NCBI GenBank assembly: GCA_002633005.1 | Contig: NMRA01000229.1 | Coordinates: 543,505-607,504, forward strand | Length of the DNA stretch: 64,000 bases | From: Phoronis australis | Taxonomy: Eukaryota; Animalia; Phoronida | Reading direction: 5' to 3' | Part shown: piece by piece, positions 1 through 12,452 of the stretch | How the letters are laid out: each line of letters starts with the position of its first letter | Numbering within the stretch: the stretch's first letter is position 1 | The notes under the pieces: model-generated | The model's database searches: none | What the model was told of the DNA's origin: nothing | The model's input: only the letters and a program-made list of their open reading frames with translations | Program-made: the position numbers and the translations under genes

Positions 1-3000
1 GTAAGTTTAAAAGCAACAAAGCATTCCTCAGCTTTACAGTAACAGTCCGCGTGTCACGGGTGGATTGATTCGTTCCTTGTTTTCTATTAAGTATGTTTCC
101 GTAACTAAAGATTGAACCGATGACACGTGAGCGTCTTTTACCTTTTCTCAGTGGTGGTAAATCAATGGTTAGAAAAGTTTCACGGTTGCTGGCTTAATAT
201 GTTAGTTATAAATATGATGCTTGATTTTGAATCAATAAATAATTTTGGTAACAGCGTTTTTAGGAATTGTTCTAAAACATTTATACCAAACGAAATTTGG
301 TCATGTTACCATTATACTTGTTTTTTATGAATTTGTTTTTTTATTTTGTTGAAATTACTGAGAAGCCCTGACACGTGACCCAATTAGTATGAAATTAAAA
401 GCCTAAAATTCTACAGGCCTGCCCAGAAAACATATACTTTTAACTGGGGTTCAGAATGTTGGACAATAGCTTTTACAGAGTTAAAATATTCAGTTTTGTA
501 TATTGTTGGCTAAATACACTAATTTGTCGATAAGGCCCCTCATAAGCTTAAGCAATATGGGTCTGCCTTGCTGGTGGTTACGCTATCGACTGTTGAGAGT
601 CAGCTACTGAAAATATAATTTATCGGTTTGGCCTATTGCCGTTTAAATCGTGGCTCTTTACGCCGCGTACGCCACTCTCCGAGTCACCTATGTACCTTCA
701 GAGTTTATTCGCTCTCTCGTCATGATGATTTTCTTAGCTTGCTTTTCAGTATCCACCGATTTAAACTGGACGTATTCATAGTTTTATACAAACGGGCTAT
801 CCTATTGTAATGAAAGTCTTGGCCTACGTAACTCTCGTATTTACGGTTTTGAAAGAGTTGAATTCCTCTTAATAATCTAAACCTTTAGCTTAGTGCGTTG
901 TGCACCGTACATACGTTCCCTGGAATGGGATGTTGGTTCGTGGAGCAGTAATATAATCGGGGTTATGGTCATGTCTAAACACTCTTCGTCGGTGAATACG
1001 ATACGACAGTGTTTTAAGATTGTTATTGGCGTTACGCTTGGAGACGCACTTTCAATAAGTGAGAAATTCGTCGCCACACTCTACTGATATTGCCGGAGGT
1101 TGAAAATTAACATCTTTTCCCAGCCGCACAACAACGGTGTTTCATGAAATATGTTTAAAACAATAAATATAACACTCTAACTACAGCCACATTGAACGCT
1201 GAAACCGCCGCCGATTGTATGCAATGATTGCAGTTCGTGTTACCAGAAAAATTGAGTGAATTTCTGTCAAATAAAGATTTATGAAAACTGTAATTCTGAA
1301 ATACGTGGGATATTTTACGGATGCAAATTATGTTGTTGTAATATGTCGTTGATAACTGTAAACAACGGCAAAAGAACTACCAAACAATTAACATTGAAGC
1401 TCTATGTGGGTTTTTCCAATTTTGGCGGAGTCGTCTAATAAGATTATCTATTTTATGATTAAGATTTTCTATGACAACCAAGTGATTTTTACTTACCGGT
1501 ATCGCACTAGTCATGTTTATTTTGTCTCTAATGAGAAGGTAGGTCGGTGACACAAGAGCGCTGCGTCTTCGTGTAGAGAAAGTGTGGTTAGTCCGTTTCG
1601 TCTTTCATTTAAGCTGCAGCGTCTTATAATGACTTCTGGGCACGATTATGCTTTAACGATTTAAAATTACTGCAGAAATCACGGCAAAATTGTCTTGTCG
1701 ATGCAAGTTGACGTTTTCAACTTCTATCAAGGAGTAGGTTTTTAATAGGTTTTCCCCAGTCGGCTTTAGAACGAATGATTGATTGCATATCTCAACGTGC
1801 TTCCTTTTCAAGGAAGCTCATCCGTGCAGTCGGGCAGATATAAGCTCCTCCCCCTTTGGAGCGTGACTGGTGACGATTTGCCAGATATCGTGAAGGCGAC
1901 GAGATAATGTACATTTAAAGTTACTCATGCGGCAGAATAGTAATGCTTAGACGTTGCAAAGGTATTATTTAAAGTAAACGCTGCAAATATAACTGAGTTC
2001 AATATAGGTTTGTTAATTCTAATATGTACAATTCACGATCCCATTGTAGGTAAACTGAAAAATGGTACTCAGACTGTCCATGCAACTGTTTGAAAAAGCA
2101 TTATTTCGTTAAGTTAATTGAGTCACATACTTGTACTGAAATTAAGATGGAATCAGATTTTTTATAAATAGGAAAAGTAAAACATGCTCCACGAAGTCTG
2201 TTGGCAGTGATATGGACGAAAGGAAAGCTTTCTAAAATTACTTCGTATACAGTTTTCTGTGATACCGAATCCTGTGAATTTACCCGAGCAGAACAGTATT
2301 TTTCTACTGCACAGCTTTGAAACACACTGGCAACTGGCAGGTGATCTGTTGTTCTGCACTGCCAAATCAAATGGCCAAAATACAACCCTGTGAACTTGAA
2401 AATTAATTTGAACCCAAATCTGACAGACCATCTGCATGTTCACTTGTTGTCGTCGTGTCATCTTCGTCCACTCCTGTATATCAACCGCCTAATCCTTATT
2501 TTGTCACCTATCACGATAATCTTTTAATTTTCTCGTGAAGACCATACAGCAATAAAACTCTGCTCAACAGTGTTAGTTGTATCTTTTATTTTTCTCAAAT
2601 TTCCATTCGAATGGAAATTTGAAACATTTTCGTAACCGGTATCCCAACAAGATATAATCAAGAAGATAAAAGAGTCAAACAAAAAACAACGTTGTATTGT
2701 AGCGTCGGAGGTGTTATTAAATTTAAACAATGTTTTCTGTAAATTGACCATTTTAACCCAGAATGAAAATTTTGAAGGTTCACCAGATGCGAGCTCTTGA
2801 ATACCACTTGCTGATGCCTTTACCTAGCAGAAAAATTCTCGACCCCTAAGAAGCGTACGTACCCCCTAACTTGGAGGGCTACAAAACTTCTCAGTGGCTC
2901 TGACACTGTTCCTGGGGCTTTCCGGCAATCACTGAGCACCATTTGTTGTTAAATCGTAGAGAACAATACGCTTTATGTTTTATTGTGTCGAATGACACGA

Positions 3001-5438
3001 GACAAGAATGAGATTAATCCTTGTGTACACTTGGTCAAGTGTCAATTCGTAGCCGCAAGAGGCGTGCTGAAAGATGGAGAAGTGTACTAATGATTATACC
3101 CACTGCCCTCTTGTGTGCAAAGAAATAAGATGCCTTGGAGTCAATTTGTAGTTAACTTTTCGAGTGACGTATTGAGAAATCCTAGGTGCATCATCGGAAA
3201 ATGAAATATTTCTTTTTATCGAAACAATGCATGTCAATCCTATTGTAAGCTGTATTTGGTGTTCCTGCTTACGAGAATAATATTTTACATACAAAACTCT
3301 TTCAAAAGCAATTTCGGGTACTTGCACTATGTCACAGACTCGATGACGTACACGTATATTTTTCAGTAGTTTATAGCTTATTGTTATCAAAACTGTGTCT
3401 TGAAATGTTTTTTTCGATCGAGTCGTTGCACAACCAACAACTCTCGCAGAATTATTCGCTCGAACCACTAAATTATACGTACGAACCGCATTTTTGTCAG
3501 GCGCCAAATGGTCGTTCGGATTATTCGGTGCCAGTGCGAACAGATTTGTAGTTCGGAGGTGTGATTAAAAGGTTTGTTCGTCCTCACATTTTTTTCTCCA
3601 CAGAACTTTATAAGGAAGGCGTAAACATGATCAAACAAGACACCTAAGTTATCAAATCGCACTCGCGTGAGTGCAAATGTTTTTTATCGGTGCGTACACA
3701 AACTACAATTACTAAAACATCGAATCCGGCGATAAAATCTCGCCTGCATCTCAACAAAATTGCTTTTCAGTTCCATGTCCCGGTCCCCACAACGGCTGAT
3801 TAGGGTCAGTCAAAGCGCACTGCAGTTGGCCGTTCTGTTCTCAATAAGTAATCACAGGACTCACTAATGTGTTGCAAAAGATAGGTGGGGCAAGCTAGTT
3901 TGTCGGGTTTAACGGTGGCAATTGCATGTTATAGGTTAATACCAGGGCTGCTTTCTTCATCGCGAAAGGAAGTAGTGATTTTCACACCTCCTCTAATCTA
4001 TGGGACACGGCGCGTCTCGGCACACTCTTCTTAATCGTAAACAGGAACCACAGAAATTAGAGGACTGGTCCTTGAAATGTTATACGGACCCTTAAACCTC
4101 GCAGTTGTTTGTGTAAACCAGTGACACCTGAAAATTTTATCGGGTTGTGTCTTAAAATACAATGAATTTCATCAGACAACTAGGTGATAAAAATTACCTC
4201 TGTGTCTGCAAACACAATGCAGCTCAAATGCCGAGTTTTCACCATTGACTCAAACCAATTTAGCAAGGGCATTTAAGGTACGAAGGGAGAGAATACGGAG
4301 CATATATATTCATATATTACAAGAACCATAAATATTTATGTGACTACTAAGGAATAGCTGAAACCGCATCACCGCCTGTTGTTTGTAATGAGGTGCCCTC
4401 TGGCGGTGTGTAGAATGGCCCAGAAACAGACCCAGCAAATGTCATTGGCTGTTTATTTTCTTCTCTTTAATACACATGTCTACTCAAATGGAATAAATGG
4501 GCTTGTACAACAACACAGAATTTAATTTAAACAAAAATCAAGCACGCAACTGCAGAAAATATCAGAACGAGCGCGTGCAAAATCATACGCGATAAAAAGT
4601 GTTATGTCAAGTTGTAATTTCCATTTACGTTCCATTGAAAACCAACATATCAACCAAAAATAATAATGACCGCATTATTGTTATCATGTACTCATGAAGA
4701 AAAGAATAATAGTTGAGCAATAAACAAAATCCTTCACATGACAGAAGAACGCTGTCATAGTGAAAACACGCGTGACGGTGGGTTACCCTCATACAGAAGA
4801 CTCAGTGATGGATCTAAATGTAGGATGTCGTGAAGAGAGAGAGGGTCCAATTACAGTTTCTGTAATTAAAACGTTTGTGTATGGTCAAAACGACATGTTT
4901 TTGTCCTTCATTTTTATCCATTTGATTTTGTAAGAATGGGCTCAAGCACTGAAGTTTTCTAAAGGTTGATCAGATTCGATAATGCCAATTACCAAAAAGT
5001 CGAGAGCAAACATCCCATTTTTGATAGAGAGTTGCTGCATCTAGACTTGAAACTGATACGGTTGGAAAGCTAACATCTCTTTTAAACATCTGTATTTTCA
5101 CTTAATTAACATTTTACAAAAACGGCCTTGAAGAAAAAACAGAGCTCAAGAAAATTGTATTTTGAAGTTTATTGTATCCTGTCGCGGTAGTGCAGGCGTC
5201 TTTGATTCCATGACGGCTACTTATCGGTGACGTTAATCGGTTGACAGGTCTGGGCGAAATGTAGCGGTCGCCGTAATCGAACACAAGTCTTCAAATAGGT
5301 AACCTAGTAGACAAAATGACGGGAAATTTTGGATAGTTTACATTTATCTGCAGTAATAAGCGAGAAAACGTTTTCAATTAGTCCTTGTTGGTTTGAAATA
5401 CGCGTAGTTTAGACTGTGCAAATAATGAACAACTCGTA

Positions 5439-5687
5439 CACGCGCGCACCCAGCGTAAAATATATAGAAATGTAGGGGGGCTCGAATTTTTCGGTATACG
5501 GACCTTTTACTGACAAAAATCAAATAGGCCTAAAAAATAAAAAGCGGGCCAGTAGGTTCAGGCCTTCGAATTGTGCATCCGCGCAGGATTCCTATCGACT
5601 TTGTGGACTTTTGTCTCGTTTACTCTGACTTTTTGTTTCGATGAGGCGGATCTTTTTGCCCAATTCGCCAAATTGGGTGCGCCCATG
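5439..5687. mobile_element. MITE with 5-bp TSD
   Basis: Termini cacgcgcgcaccca / tgggtgcgcccatg, with TCGTA on both flanks (5434-5438, 5688-5692). Confidence 0.7.
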
Positions 5688-8334
5688 TCGTACATATACC
5701 TTTGAAGAATAGGAACTGCGTAATTGCTGTCACAAAATTTAACTGAAACGAACTCTTTCAATAAAATGGTTTCTGGACATCGTATTCGTTTCGTGACGAA
5801 ACTTTCACCACTTGGGAAAATGATCGGCTATAAATATAAAAATTTAGGCCATTTCATGCGGTAATTGAACCTGATGTGATAATATTCTGGAAATGAAAAG
5901 TTGCATTAACATTCTTACTTGTGCTGGTTACGTCAGAGTTTGTTTACCGCTCATCGCGAACATTGTAAGTTGTAGACGAGGAACAGCAATAAACCGCGGA
6001 TTCACCTGTTACGAAAATGTTTGAGCATTCAGACACGAATGTCGCATTCGGTTGCCGCGAGGGCCCGTATTGTGCGTGGCCCGTAGGGCGCCCATGTGAT
6101 TACGGGATAGATTCCCGAAATGAGCGACAACAAACCGGTCAGATACAGGTGCCGAGCTACACAATCGCGACGCCAATGATGGTTCGCGGGAAGCAAAATA
6201 ATAAACGACAGTCTATAGCCGTGAGCAAGTACTCAGCGAGTTGGATGGCGTGATGGGTTTTGTCACTATTAAGAGTAATCATTCTGTTTACCCAAGCAGG
6301 CAAAACAGATGCGTTTTATTTCCACGGGACTGGATGAGAGAAAGAAAACCGGAATAGACACGGTTTGGGGGCTACATGACTGTGATAATTGGGCCATAAT
6401 GAGCGCGATTTGGCAAGCCGAGCTATACAGAATTTCTATAGCCGTTTTATTGAATACTGGTCGAAAGTTTAAACTAGCACCTCCTCTGTTTGTCCTGATT
6501 GTCGACGCATAATTTTCTGTCATGTATCCTTGAGTTTGCGCTTGATTATTAAATGCAATATCAATATCCAACGGTACGTATCACCTTCGGATTTTTACGG
6601 GATGTTAACATTTAAATAACCAGTGGGATGATGTTCTGGTTCCAAAACATATCTCACGAACAAATCTTGAATTGACTTCTTATCTCAGCGGCGTTATGTT
6701 CGGTACTAACTTAGAGCGCATGCACTGGTGAGGCGGCAAGCCGACGTGCAAGTGCAAGGTGTTCAAAACCCAGAAATTGTGACGGAAATAATGTACTCTC
6801 GACAAGTAAATCGATGAACCCTGAAATGCAGCCAATTGTAAAGATATTCAATGGAATTAATCAACAGTGACAGCTCGAAAGTGGTCAAAAAATATTTGTG
6901 TTTTTCATTTTTGAAAATATTTTTGGAGAAACTATTGAATAATCTGAAATTTACCAATACAAATCAAATAACAAAGTCATTATAAGTTTTATAATTGATA
7001 TTTTTAACAAACAAATACACAAAACAACTGGAAAGTATGTGAAAATGCTTTAACTCAAAGTTTGAGGCTACTGACATCGTCTCTGAGAATTTGAAAAATT
7101 GCCGGGTTTCCTGTCCCATCCCCGGGGGTTCCTGCTTGAAGATCGGGGTTTCTTGTTTTGAAGGCAGGGATTCTTGTTTTACGGGCTGGTTAGCTGCTTT
7201 GAAGGTCTACTTCGGACTCCGGGATATCAGAGGACCTCTAGAGGTGTCTGATGTCGTCCGAGGAATGCCCGGGCAACGTGCACTTCTAATAAGGTTGTCT
7301 TAAGAGAAACTGCGGCGGGTTGTACTGTGAAAGGTTCAATAGAATATTTGCTCGGATTTCTTTGCCTTCCATTTGCCTGTCGTTGTTGACAACTGCATAA
7401 ATATAGTAAGCTTTGACAATTACGCTTCTGATTTGTGGCTGCTGTAACAACAAGAAAAGATTAGTTGATGCCTTCCCGCATTCATGTTGTGTGACCACTC
7501 AAGATAACAACAATGCGATTCAGAATACTTTTCTAGTTCATTTCCGGAGCACGTGTTTACGGAATTGCGACACGTATTTCTAGCTGGTACACTTTAGCCC
7601 ATAATGCCTTGGTTCAGTCAGTGGCATTATGAATGACAAGACCAACACAATCTCTCATTGCCTCATTGCAGCATGCAACTTTTAGATTGACGAATTTCGG
7701 GCAAACTGGATACGTAGTTCAGTCTTGCGCGACAAAATCTAGCCAAAACCACGTGCTCTCATTGAAAATGCACGGCAATATCTCGCGTAATCTCGCGAAG
7801 TCTTGCGAGGGCGCTGTGATTTGAAGTGTTTACTTGGTTTGTTCTGGAAACAGCACCCTATCCCTTGTTTGCTGAATTTCATCTTGTTCGCTCGAAACCG
7901 TCTTGTTCGCTCGAATGTCCGTTTTTATTCGAAATTGTCTTGTTTGGTCGCTGTTAATTCGATCGAAACTATTTGTCTTAACCACATGACATTTTCGCGT
8001 TCCTTCGAGTTGTCCGTTCAAAAACTTGTTGTTTGTCCAAAAGCTATTCATGACTGTTTGACGACTTGAGTTTAACAGACGTCTTGTTGGCGAAGTTGTC
8101 TTATAATCAAGAGCAACGAAAAGCGTTGAAATGTGGCCATGAATGCACCGAACTGAATCGGTATGCTTGTTTTTAGTATCATAAAAACGTCCATAACATG
8201 GCGTAAGATACGTCGGACCTGTCTGAAAACAAAAAGGTGTCATTATCTCCTCAATATAAAACTATTTGCCACATTTCATGAATATCAGTGTAGGAACTCC
8301 TAAGATACAGAGGCAAACGCGAAAGAATTCGAAT

Positions 8335-9800
8335 GTCACTAGGAGGCACTTTGCGGTCGGATACGTGCGAACGAAGTCGTTACGTGCTCTCAAGTTCGTA
8401 GGAATACACCGGACAAATTTTATAAATATTCTTCAAAGACGTTTAGGGAATATAGCTGTAGGTGCAGAAAATTCATCTAGGTGGCGCTGCAGTTGCCGGA
8501 CTCGTCCGATCATCAACGTCAATCGTTTACTTATCAGTAGTAAAACATTTGCAAACTGTCATAATCAACCTGTGAGCAGTTTGACGGATGCAGAGGTGGA
8601 CGATAAAACACAAACTCGAACAAAGTCAAAATAGCCATTAGTAGGTGCAAAGTCGGTCGAATCCATACGAAAATTAAAAGGCGCCGTTGTTGCCATAATA
8701 GAAACTTCAGGGTCGGATCCACAATGTTTAGTATAGCGGGGCCAGGACAGAGTATTAGCCAGGATTTTGCCCGTCAGGCATTCGCACCCCCGAACTGCCA
8801 AATGGAATTTGGCCCTCTCTAAATCTGCCACTGAACATAGTGGTAAACTTAATGAAGACTATAAAGGAACTCTGAAGATACAGCGGCAAATTTTGCAATC
8901 TAATATTGCCACTAGGGGACAGCAGGAGTGACGTCCGTCTAATACGCTTGATCATCAGTTGTCAAACCATCGAAAACAATTGGATACTTAAAGAGTTTCG
9001 GAGATACAGTCGCGGACGAAAAATGAACAACATACCACTAGGGTGCGCCACAGTAATTGACCCACTCCAAAAATCAAGGTCGGCCATGTTCTTCTCAGCA
9101 GAAACACATCTGCTCGTTTTCATAATGATCTGTCATGCGGTTTGGAAAATAAAGAGGATGACGCAAAAAGTGAACTCAAGCATTCTGGTTGTGCAGAATG
9201 CAGCACGCCAAATCCGTCTGAAAACGACTAGGTGGACACAAAAATAGCCTAGAAAAATAATAAAAAATGGCCAATACCTGGCCTAAAATCCCTCCAATCC
9301 GTTCGAAAATAATAACGCCTCGTCGTCTCTCCTTTAATAAGACAAACATTTGCCGAATGTCAGAAAATCTGTCCAGGAAATCTAAAGATACAGAGGCGAA
9401 TGTCCAAAATAAAAGTTCCACTAGAGGGCACAGAGGTAATCAGATTCCCTAATCGTCGTACGTTGTTCATTAGAAAGCACAGAGCTTCTACAAATACTTT
9501 AGGAGATAGCGCTTCCAACTCAAAAATAAACAAAATTGACTCAAGAGCCCACCACAGAAGTCGAATCCGTTCGTAAGTCGTGGTCTTTTCTACAGGGGCA
9601 GATACACTAATTTCACGGTGCTTCTTAAAGGGGTTAGGCGGATAAAGAGAGACGACCACCAAAAACCGAACTTAAAAATAATGAAAAGGGCCACTAGTGA
9701 GTGGTGCAGGATACGCCAAATCCGTCCCAAAATGACAAGGCGGTGCCATCTCCTTAATAGAAACCTATAATTTTCCAAATTTCATAAAAATCTGTCAAAG
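8335..9800 (+). repeat. Degenerate tandem array with recurring CCACTAGRKGGC-like and AAATCYGTC motifs
   Basis: Motif variants near 8337, 8476, 8909, 9036, 9226, 9418 and 9691, at roughly 100-200 bp spacing. Confidence 0.5.
8708..8833. mobile_element. Short GC-rich MITE (CAG...CTG), same family as 25942-26098
   Basis: Termini cagggtcggatcc / aaatctgccactg. Shares the core cagagtattagccaggattttgcc.gtcag...ccgaactgcc.aatggaat. Flanks are aactt/aacat. Confidence 0.7.
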
Positions 9801-11033
9801 ATTCAGAAGCAACTGTTTTGAATTGGACGAAACAAAAGTAGAGTATCTTTAAAATGGCTTTACATGTATGTGTTTTATTACGATCACACCTCCATGCGTG
9901 CTCATCGTTTTATTAAGACTAGATAACACTACCGCAAGTTGTTCGAATTTTTACTATTCCGAATGAAGATTGTACCAGGCTTAATCTATAATTATTGCAT
10001 CTCCGAGCTCAAGTAACGGGCATTGAATTGACCATGGACGCAAAGTCATCGGTCTCATTACTGCGCCTTAATTAGCACCAATTACCTGACATCCGACCGA
10101 TGTAACGCGAACACCGTCTTCAAATTAACAATAATCTGCAGAGCTTCAAATGCCTCATATTGTATTTCGCCAAACAAGCTGGCGCACGGTTTTGTCACAG
10201 ATAACACGTACAATTAAACTGTAGGGCGGGATACTAATCAGTCTGTTTGCGAGTGTTTTAGTGTGCGACATGTTCGCAGCCAGAGACATTGTTTTTCAGT
10301 GTCTACACAATACAAGTTATTTATTAAGAAGAAATGTTTTAAAGAAGTCTACGCGAATTGATTTTCTTTTTCGAGATGTTTAGATGCACCCAAAACAGTA
10401 AAAAGGTGATACGTGGCCTGACGCCTTTTGCTGGTGGCCTGATTATGACTCGGACCGCTTGGCGAGCTTTCGTTTTCTAATGGGCGAAATTATCCAATCT
10501 GCATGCTATTCTCAGGACATTTAAAAGACAAGTAAACTTGGCACTCGTTCTGTAGACGCAATAAACACGCAAAAACTTAACTGAGATCACTGCACAAGTC
10601 TTCCCACCACAAGAAAAAAAACTGTGATCACACTACACTAGCTCCACTAGCGAGATTCTTACGTCTACGCATCTCAACCCTGCATAATCTGTCGATTTCC
10701 CGCAGACAGATCATGATTCTATGCCGATGTCCAAAGCCTTTGCTGGGAAGGACAGATCTCTATCAAATAACGATGAGTCTTGTCTTCCATGTCACATTTT
10801 AGGGCCAGTCGCAGTAGAACCCGGTAATTACCTGGATCACCTAGCGAATGGCAATCCTATCCAGCCAAAAGACTAGATGAGTCAGAAATCGTCAGATAGC
10901 GCTTAGAGTTAAATAAACGACACATAAGAAATAGTCTGTTGTATATAAGTTGCTTAGCTCCGAAAGCAAAAAGGTAGCATTCACTAACGGTAGCTGCATG
11001 TGAACGCATCCAAAGGTAATTGGTGAACCATAG

Positions 11034-11293
11034 CATGCACACACCCAGGGGGCTTGGGGGCCTCGAACGAGCCCCACATTTGGTTAAGAGGGTAAAAAAG
11101 GTCAACCTCAGAGAAACAAAAAGTCCGAGAAAACGAAACAAAAGTCCACCAAAAGGGCGCAGACGCACAGTTCACAAACCTGAAGGTGGCACACGTTTTT
11201 TTTTTCTTAATACCCCGCTTTTTTGTTAGCAAAAGATCCACTTTGTCAGAGATTTGAGACCCCCCCCCATGTTAAAGGCAGGGTGCGCGCATA
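11034..11293. mobile_element. MITE related to 5439-5687
   Basis: Termini catgcacacacccag / gggtgcgcgcat. Internal aaaagtcc repeats mirror the ggactttt tracts in the 5439 copy. No clear TSD. Confidence 0.5.
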
Positions 11294-12452
11294 TATGTAC
11301 GTAGGCCATGCTTCAAGTCGAGATACCTGGAAGAAGACATGTTGTTCTTCGATCACAATACCCATCTAAATATGGTGACCAAGTCATTGCTCGTTACGAT
11401 TCTGAGTGTCGGAACCTTTTCATATTTTTATGAGTTGAATAAAAGTAACGTTATCTGTTCAGGCGTTCTTGTAAATAACTGCAGTGTACATGTAGGTAAA
11501 GGATTACGCCTTGTACTATAGAGCAGTCTCTTACGTAGGAGTATTAATGAGTGCGGTAATTGAAAGAATAATTCGTCCAATTCTCACGGCTAATTTCACG
11601 CTTTCAGTCCATTTCAAAGAGGGCAATTCACATTCGTCATAATTAGGGCGATTTAATTGAACAAAACTCAGTCAAGAATACCTTGATATCTTGAGGAGAT
11701 GCAATCAACTGGGCCCAGCGAACGGCGAGGAAATTTCCGTTGTATTGCATTAAAATCATTATGTTACGATCGTCAACAATTTTCGCTCTTGTTATTTCCG
11801 GATTTTCTCAGAACTTTGATCAGCTCTCCTTCGATATAATTGCGTATCATTTACTTAAAAAGACCGCCATGCGCTAGCAACTAAGATAAATTCTCGGATC
11901 TCGATAAGAACTAATTATTGATTTTTAGTCTTACAACATTGCCGTGAAATACACAATAGATATAACTAGAAGTGAGGACCTGTTCGTGATTACCGACGAC
12001 TAATGCGAAAGTAGGTGATGGATATATGGTGGACACAAATGACTCAACGAACAACATCGGTTTTGATTGCCAAGAATTTCCGCAAACAGACCCCACCCCA
12101 GACATAGGCTTAAGGGCCCTTCGTGTTTACTAGCAATTTTTTCCGACTATTAGTCCGTGTGTTTATTTCCAGAGACATGATTAAAATGTTCAATCTAAGG
12201 TTTGCATTGGGATTCTCTGACTGAACTACGTAAGCTAATGACAAACAAAACATGATTAACTACGAAACAGCGCTCATTAAGAGTTCCTTTTGATTACTCC
12301 AAAAGCAAACAAGGGTGCCGGGGATTATTCGATCTCCGTACGGTTCTGGCTGAAATAAGTTCAATGTTTTCCTTGCGGAAAAATTTAAAACTTGTGATTT
12401 GCAGTTGAAAACTCTTCCGTGCGTCGTATGCATGGCATATTATTTTTGCGTG

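Noticed and set aside
1-6. Window opens with the donor consensus GTAAGT
   Set aside because: The upstream exon would be outside the window, so it cannot be evaluated.
2101-2385. Minus-strand frame with VYEVILESFPFV...RLRG, faintly like an RFX winged helix
   Set aside because: The similarity is too short, there is no splice or start support, and neighbouring frames are broken.
3094-8243. 137-aa ORFs at 3094-3507 and 7830-8243
   Set aside because: No recognisable motifs. They overlap ttcgctcgaa-type repeat sequence and are consistent with chance.
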